Source of the DNA: Trichinella spiralis
Lineage: Eukaryota
Length of the DNA: 64,000 nucleotides
Assembly (NCBI RefSeq): GCF_000181795.1
Contig: NW_003526948.1
Location: 3,402,014 to 3,466,013 of the forward strand
Direction: 5' to 3'
In this document: one piece after another, positions 57,298-64,000 of the stretch
Layout: each line of letters begins with the position of its first letter
How positions within the stretch are numbered: the first letter of the stretch is position 1
Notes under the pieces: generated by a model
The model's database searches: none
The model's input: only the letters and a program-made list of their open reading frames with translations
Told to the model about the DNA's origin: nothing
Program-made: the position numbers and the translations under genes

Positions 57298-60200
57298 TTT
57301 AAACAAGAAGGAACACAATTATTTATTCGAACCCATCTTGGTGGAATAACGCGTGATGGTGTCCAGCACATATGAAACGTTTCAAAATGTCCAAACGGTG
57401 CGTAGCCCAGGCTGCGTGGTCGTGATACAGGATGAATAAAGTTGATTGAAAAAACAACCCGTTCGCCTGCAACAGTACAAATAATCTGAACTGAGCAACG
57501 ATCGCTGATCACTGAGATCCAACACAAACGAACGTCAAAAGCATTGGCGAACCAAAATTCACTCCCATCCGCTAAGAATTGGCTCAAATTCGAACGCAAG
57601 CGATTTCCATCATCATCATCCTTGTCCATCGCAATTAAAGTCAATCCACCCAGATACAGCATGTACGGAATCAAATGCATATTCGATTCCGGGCCACCAC
57701 CATGGCTATCGGTGGAAAATGACTTTTTCCAGCAAAACCTTATCAGCAAACACTTCAAATCACTAATCACTAAATCACAACTGAGAGGCTTTCCAGGAAA
57801 CACTTCGTTGAACTGCATTTCGTATCTACAATAAAACAATAAAATAAACACTGCTCAAGCGTTCCGTAACAGAATTGGAAAAAGCAAAGTGAACTCAATG
57901 AACTAGCTCTGAACAAGCAGCAGTAAGTAAATATCTGCACAGCAAACCTTTTCATCATCAAAAGTTGCTCATTCAATTCAATTTCCGGCCCAGGATACGG
58001 AAGTATTGCGTTGCACAGAGTGTTCGCGTTATGCAACGTCGCACTGTCCCATTCATAACGGAAACTACTGGCATGCCTTAAAGAGGTGATTTCAAAGAGG
58101 CGAAGAAAAAACAGCAAGTGTAATGAACAAATAAATTTTCCAACAAAACAAAATTCACCAACTTTTCAGTCTAGTAAAATAATAATGATAATGACAATAT
58201 TAATCTTACTCAACCGAATTGCTGTGACACTGGTAGTGAACCAAATTAAATTGCGTAACCGTAGACGGTCCTACTAGGTCGGGAATAAAACCATCAACGC
58301 TATCCAGCAGCACGTCTCGTACTGACAAACTTTTCATGAACACATAAATGCCCATCTCCTGGAAAATAGAATAAAAAAATATGAACAAACAAGCAAAAAG
58401 GATGCAAATTAACATTCGTGGTTTACTTGATGTGGTGAGACGTGGAACCCTTCCTGACATATAACGCAAGCGAAATGCCCTTCGTCGGGAAGATCTACAT
58501 TCAAGTAAACGGACGAAGCAATTTGCACAATACCATCTTTGGACATCTGAATGAAAAAAGATTTTTAATAAAAAACAACAAACGCTTCTGTCAGTAAACA
58601 CAACGTACTCTCATTCCAAGTTTTGTCAGCTGCACGTTGCGACTGGCTGTTGCTATTGTTTTCTTCGCCAGTCGGGTACGTTCCCGTACTGCAGCAACCT
58701 GACAAATGAACAAACATACAATAAAAATAATGGAGACCAAATAAAATTAAAAAACCTTATGAGAAGTGGCCGTATTTTCATTTAACTGAACCATCAGCTG
58801 ATGGGATAAATTGCCCAAATTACGCTCATTATTAGGGATTAATTCAAGAGTATGAACAATTGACAAACAATTGTCCGCGACCAACACCTAAATAGAAAAC
58901 AACATCAGTGCATAACATGCACAACAAACGTTGCATCAATCAACTGTACACACTCACCTGATTCGGTTCACATGATCGACAAATATCATTCAGAAATTTC
59001 AAAACGTAATCCAGTGCCGGCTTTCTCAAAAATGTCTCCATTTCTGACGAACTGGAACTGAACACATATTTTTTCAATACAAATAAATAAATGTATATAT
59101 ATATATATATATAGTTTAAAATATTTTCAATAAAGCTCTCATCATGCCAACCTCAGCTGATGCACAACACTTGGACAGTTGTTCGACAAGTAGTTAACTG
59201 CTCGATGGGTGAAGCCTCTATTGAAAAACGCTTCTCTGATACGAGAACCGTTGGCAGATTCCTAACCACACGAAAAAGCATTTTAAAATAAACACTGCTA
59301 AAATAATAATGAAAACAACAAATAGTAGTACGGGCAAGCCATTGACAAAGAAGCACAACATTCGTCCCATTTTTTGTTCATCTGGCGTCGAACTTTTGTC
59401 ATATCTGAACAAAATATCAGAAATTCACTTGAAAGACAAATAAAATTTTCGAATAACAACATATATAATAGGAAAATAAATAATACATTGCATGACTGCT
59501 ATTTTTTTTTAAATATTCTATCCACATTCATATGATGAAATAAACATTTTGGTGTTACCTGGAAAAATCAGTAAACGTATCGAAATATTCTACAACAGCA
59601 TCAATCCGTTCTTTATTTCCCATTGTCACCAATGCCACTGCTCGCATTACTAACTCTTCTGAACGTTCGTCAATACTTTTTCTTTTATTGCGAACAACAT
59701 CCATCAATGAGATAACAAGTTCAGTCAAGTGGTATCGAGAAAAATTCTGCGGAAAAAAACAAAATGAATAAATAATAAATAAAGTGGTCGATTCATTCGT
59801 CACAACCTACCTCGAATTCAGGTGCACTGAATAAATCAGCATCTTCATAAAGTCTACAAATGATTCTCAACGCCGTATCACTAATCATTCCTTGCATTTT
59901 TATATCGTCCATCAAAATCTGAAGTTAGAATCAATGGGGCTTCTCTGCACACCAAGAAACAAGAGAATAAAAAAACAACAATTACACACCAGCAAGACTT
60001 TTTTCATAATCACTGGTATAGTATTTATCTCTGGTGACAGTAAAGCAAGACGGTTTTCTCTCACCATAGAAGCAATTCTCAACAGATCAACAATTACGGA
60101 ACAAACGCCATGCTTCTCAAACACATCAACCGCATCCAAACTGAAAATACAAACAAAACAATGAACAATTTTTTAACCGCTTATATAAATAAATTGTTTG

Positions 60201-60315
60201 TGCGTCAACAATCTCACCATTTCACCAGAGCCGCTTCACCTCGAATTTGGTGTATTAAGGCTACATTGGAGAGGTCGGTTTCTTCTAAAATGAAGAAATA
60301 TCACTGTGTGCATTT

Positions 60316-60371
<56 letters not shown>

Positions 60372-63300
60372 GAGCGACAACTTTCGTGTTCCAAGATACA
60401 TTTTACATTTGCATTACTGTACCTGTAGTGGGCAGTTCCCAAACATATTCTTCACCAGCTCCATCGCTCAGACCACGAATACGATAAGTTATAATCATTG
60501 GACTTGGACCGCTTTCCGGTAGCCAAAGGTATTTGTACACTTCAGCAACATCCAGATAAAGAGCAATTACCTTTCCCAAAACAATCAACTACAGAGAAAG
60601 CAAAAACAAAAATCAATTACGAATGTGAATGCAATTAACATTCATCATATATATATATATATATATATATTCAGGCTAACCTCCAAAGTATTATCATCTT
60701 CGATAAATGGAATCATTTCGCAATCCCGGCATATTTTATTCTTGATATCTCTCATTCTGGGACCCATGTCATTGTCAGTTGAAAGGTAAATACGATTGTG
60801 CAAGCTGTTGCGTAAATGATTCTCCTGAAAAGAATCTTGGAGAATTTGGATCTGAAATTGCTCTACCCGCATTGCTTCCTATAAAATATTTTAATTAATT
60901 TGCGGCAATTACTTTGGCACCTGCAAGAAAACCATAAACATAATAAATATAATTCAAAAATAATTTTCAAATTTCTGCTCACTTTTGCATTATTGCAATA
61001 TTACACAAACACAAAAAAAACAATCAGTAGCTGAGTAAAAAAAAAAGCAAAAACACAGCAAACTTCTATACCGGATATATCACAGAACGTATACTGTCAC
61101 AAATGTGCAACACATATTGCCAATTTCTAGCTGCTGATTCGCTTCGGAGCAATTCAAACGCCGCTTCAGCATAGGATCGCACCAATGCTGCACCACCTAG
61201 AAAAAAAAGAAAAATGTAAATGAGAAGCTTCGCAATTTAACACGTCTGCTGTCCGCTGCATTCCAAACTCACCGGATTTCATGCAGTCCATAAGCACTTT
61301 AAAATGAACTTGAGCGTACTTAACGGAACCGCTACGTTTAACCACCATTGATCGCAACACTGCATGGCCATATAAAAACGTCGCACCCGCTCTGCGGTTC
61401 AAATGATCCTTCAGCTCATCATATGAACGCATTTTATCAAAGATTTCTAAAAATTGAACAATACATGGAAAATTTGCAGTGTTCTTTTATCTTTTACAAA
61501 TCTCTGCTACAACAAACAAGTAATGCATTCTTACTTAGAACATTTAATAACAGGCATCCACAGTCCAAATCTACCTGTGACAAAGGTGACCGATCAAGTT
61601 TATGCAGACGTTCAATTTCCTTAACAATATAAGTAATATATTTTAAAGAAAAAGTAATAACGATAAATAAACAACAACAACAACAGCAATATAATACTTA
61701 CCCGTGATGTGACTTGCAGAAAAGTTGAAAAAAAGCCTTTCCGGAAAAAAAACGACCTCCAACTTGGATCATTAAAAAGCTCTGAGAGCAAGCCAAAGAA
61801 CTCGTCAATTCGATCTTCACACTTCGACAACAATGGAATCATTCTGAAAAATAAACAAACACTTTTTCCAATTGATCAACAAAAAAACAAGAACACAATT
61901 TTTCACCCGCTTTTCAAACAAGCATGCAAAAAATACCTATTCAGAAGATTCTCAAAAATCTGCACCCGCAACGTGCCTGGCTCGTTCATCAACGTAAGCA
62001 AATATTTCGCTGTCATTTTTCTAATAAACCGAGAATATTCATATGTAAGCAACTTTATCATAATGGCGATGAAACCTTAACAGAAAAAAAGAATAAATAA
62101 ATAAATTCCATCATCACCATCATCATCATCATCACACCGCTACTACCAAAGAGCAAACAATTCTTTATATGCTAAGAAATATTTCTCGTTTGAAAAGGGG
62201 AAAAAAATCATAACTTACCCTGAATATTGACCGACTGCACCTCCTGGTATGGCGGCTTTTTTAGAACAGATTGAAATATTTGGCGCAAGTCACACTTTAA
62301 CTTCGCCAGATCGCCTTAAAAAAACAAAAGTGAGTCATCCTTCTTCCAATATTGCAAAATATTCTGCATATTGTATTGTACTGTATTTACTAGAATCTGC
62401 ATCCATGTAATTCAACCCTGGGTTCTCTTCGGAATTGAAAAATACAAATTTGCAGGAAGCGAACAATTTCAAGCAGACGCCCAAAATCGACTGCGCCGTG
62501 GGGGTTTGTTCACGGCAGAGGGCCACTTTGAAAACGTCCGCCACTAGAAAAAAGAACTTGTGAAATAAGCTTCTCAGCGAACGTTCATTATTTGCACATA
62601 CTGGTTGTGGACCACACGTCGGAACTGTGCCCCTCGGCAATGGCGCAATTATACATAATGTCAAGGTAATCTCCAATACAATCATTCTAAACAAGAAAAA
62701 TTTAAAGTACAAATTCACGAATATTTTTTAAACAAATCATACATATAAATCTGATATTTACAACAACAAAATATAATAATAATAATAATATATACCGTGC
62801 CATTCACAAGTAAATAAAACAATCTTTCTGCCAAACGTTGAGAAATATCGAAAGCAATGAAGTTATACTTCCAGGAAAGGTTGTATAATATACTCTGGCA
62901 GACTAAATCTGATCGCAACGGCGTACAGTTCAATACAAATGTAACTACCTTGCCATGGAAGCCCTGTTTCACAGGAAAACAATAATATTTACTTAAGTGT
63001 GAAAAGAAATAAAAAGCATTTGTTACTACATTTGAAGTGAACAGTGAAATGTCAAAATTGACTTTACGCAACAAATTATCAATTAGAATCAACACAGCAT
63101 TGCAGGACCATAACGTGCAACAATAGCAGCTTTTCCTAAAATGAGAAAATAATAATGATACACTTTATAAACTTGACAATGAAGCAAGTTTCAACAGTGT
63201 ACTAACAGTTTGAAAAAAGTGAAAACAAAAAAAAACATTAACCCCCCCCCGCCAAGAAAAAAAGAAACTGAAAAAGAGCAAATGCATAACTGAAACATAG

Positions 63301-63441
63301 TTTACCTGCATTTCAAATACTGTGAAGTTAGGGAGCTATCATCAAGTTTGCCGTGTTCAAATTCAAATACAGCCATTCTTTTCAAAATCAGTGTCTATTG
63401 AGAAAACAAAATGAAAAATACATTTAGAAAAAGCATCTTTG

Positions 63442-63509
<68 letters not shown>

Positions 63510-64000
63510 GAATTCAAATAATATCTCAGTTCCTAGAAAAGTAACACAGACAGACGGCACTGTTGTCATTATTCACCACAATATTAAAAAAAAATACATA
63601 CTTCATAATTCAGAATTATCGTCCGGTGCATGGATTTACACCTACTCTGATACATGTTCAAATATTCTTCATATCTAGACGCTTTCATTACATTTTGATT
63701 GGCATTGTTCTCAGATGATGCCTGGGTTTCGGTCCCTTCAAACACATCCTGAACGGAAGAGACACATATGTCATTCACAACTGGTGACAGCAAAAAAGGA
63801 TTAAAAACAAAGAAAATTCCAAATTACATGCTCTGCGGATAAAACGCTAACTTCCAACAACTGTTCAACCTCTTTCAAGTCATTCTCCATTGCTGTGAGC
63901 GCGTTTTCGATTTTCGCGAGCAATAAATTACCTTCCTGCGAGGCCTGTGTGGAAAAAGCAAAAATGAAAAGATACGTAAAACAAAAAATTCATGCCAAAA
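56606..64000 (-). CDS. UBR4: E3 ubiquitin ligase UBR4 (p600/pushover), 3' portion, continuing past the window end
   Basis: MGPRMRDIKNKICRDCEM, PMIITYRIRGLSDGAGEEYV, hemiRING CVICQEG...GIYVF...STVTQFNLVHYQCH, EWDSATLHNANTLCNAILP and FSTDSHGGGPESNMHLIPY. Stop TGA at 56606-56608. Confidence 0.93.
57248..57297. repeat. (TATATG)n microsatellite in a UBR4 intron
   Basis: About 8 tandem TATATG units. Confidence 0.95.
63445..63509. repeat. (TTA)n microsatellite in a UBR4 intron
   Basis: About 21 tandem trinucleotide units. It explains the spurious poly-N and poly-L ORFs in the track. Confidence 0.95.

Noticed and set aside
63363..63678. Poly-Asn and poly-Leu ORFs
   Set aside because: Translation of an intronic (TTA)n microsatellite.

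Overview
Eukaryotic, AT-rich, gene-dense genomic DNA with many short (~55-100 nt) GT-AG introns and TTTCAG/TTTTAG acceptors. This fits a nematode, and my unverified inference is a Trichinella-like clade I species. I could splice 12 protein-coding genes by hand. In order: an ephexin-like DH-PH RhoGEF (5' partial), a FAM174-like membrane protein, an intronless Hedgehog acyltransferase (MBOAT), akirin, FACT subunit SPT16, splicing factor YJU2, stathmin, an SLC26 anion transporter, DNAJC11, GLG1, the Aquarius helicase, and the 3' part of UBR4. Non-genic DNA carries several mobile-element relics: a piggyBac cysteine-rich-domain remnant, a decayed Ty3/gypsy gag-protease fragment, two hAT (Charlie/Buster) MITE-type elements, a possible solo LTR, and a ~4.8 kb TTAA-bounded foldback-like element with ~800 bp inverted arms spanning a 502-N assembly gap. 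I saw no tRNA, rRNA, snRNA or CRISPR array. I cannot support a clearly novel biological system. The best leads are the foldback-like element, a nematode stathmin with a repeated motif, a candidate akirin-HHAT operon, and several non-canonical splice sites. All exon coordinates, identities and GC levels are read by eye.
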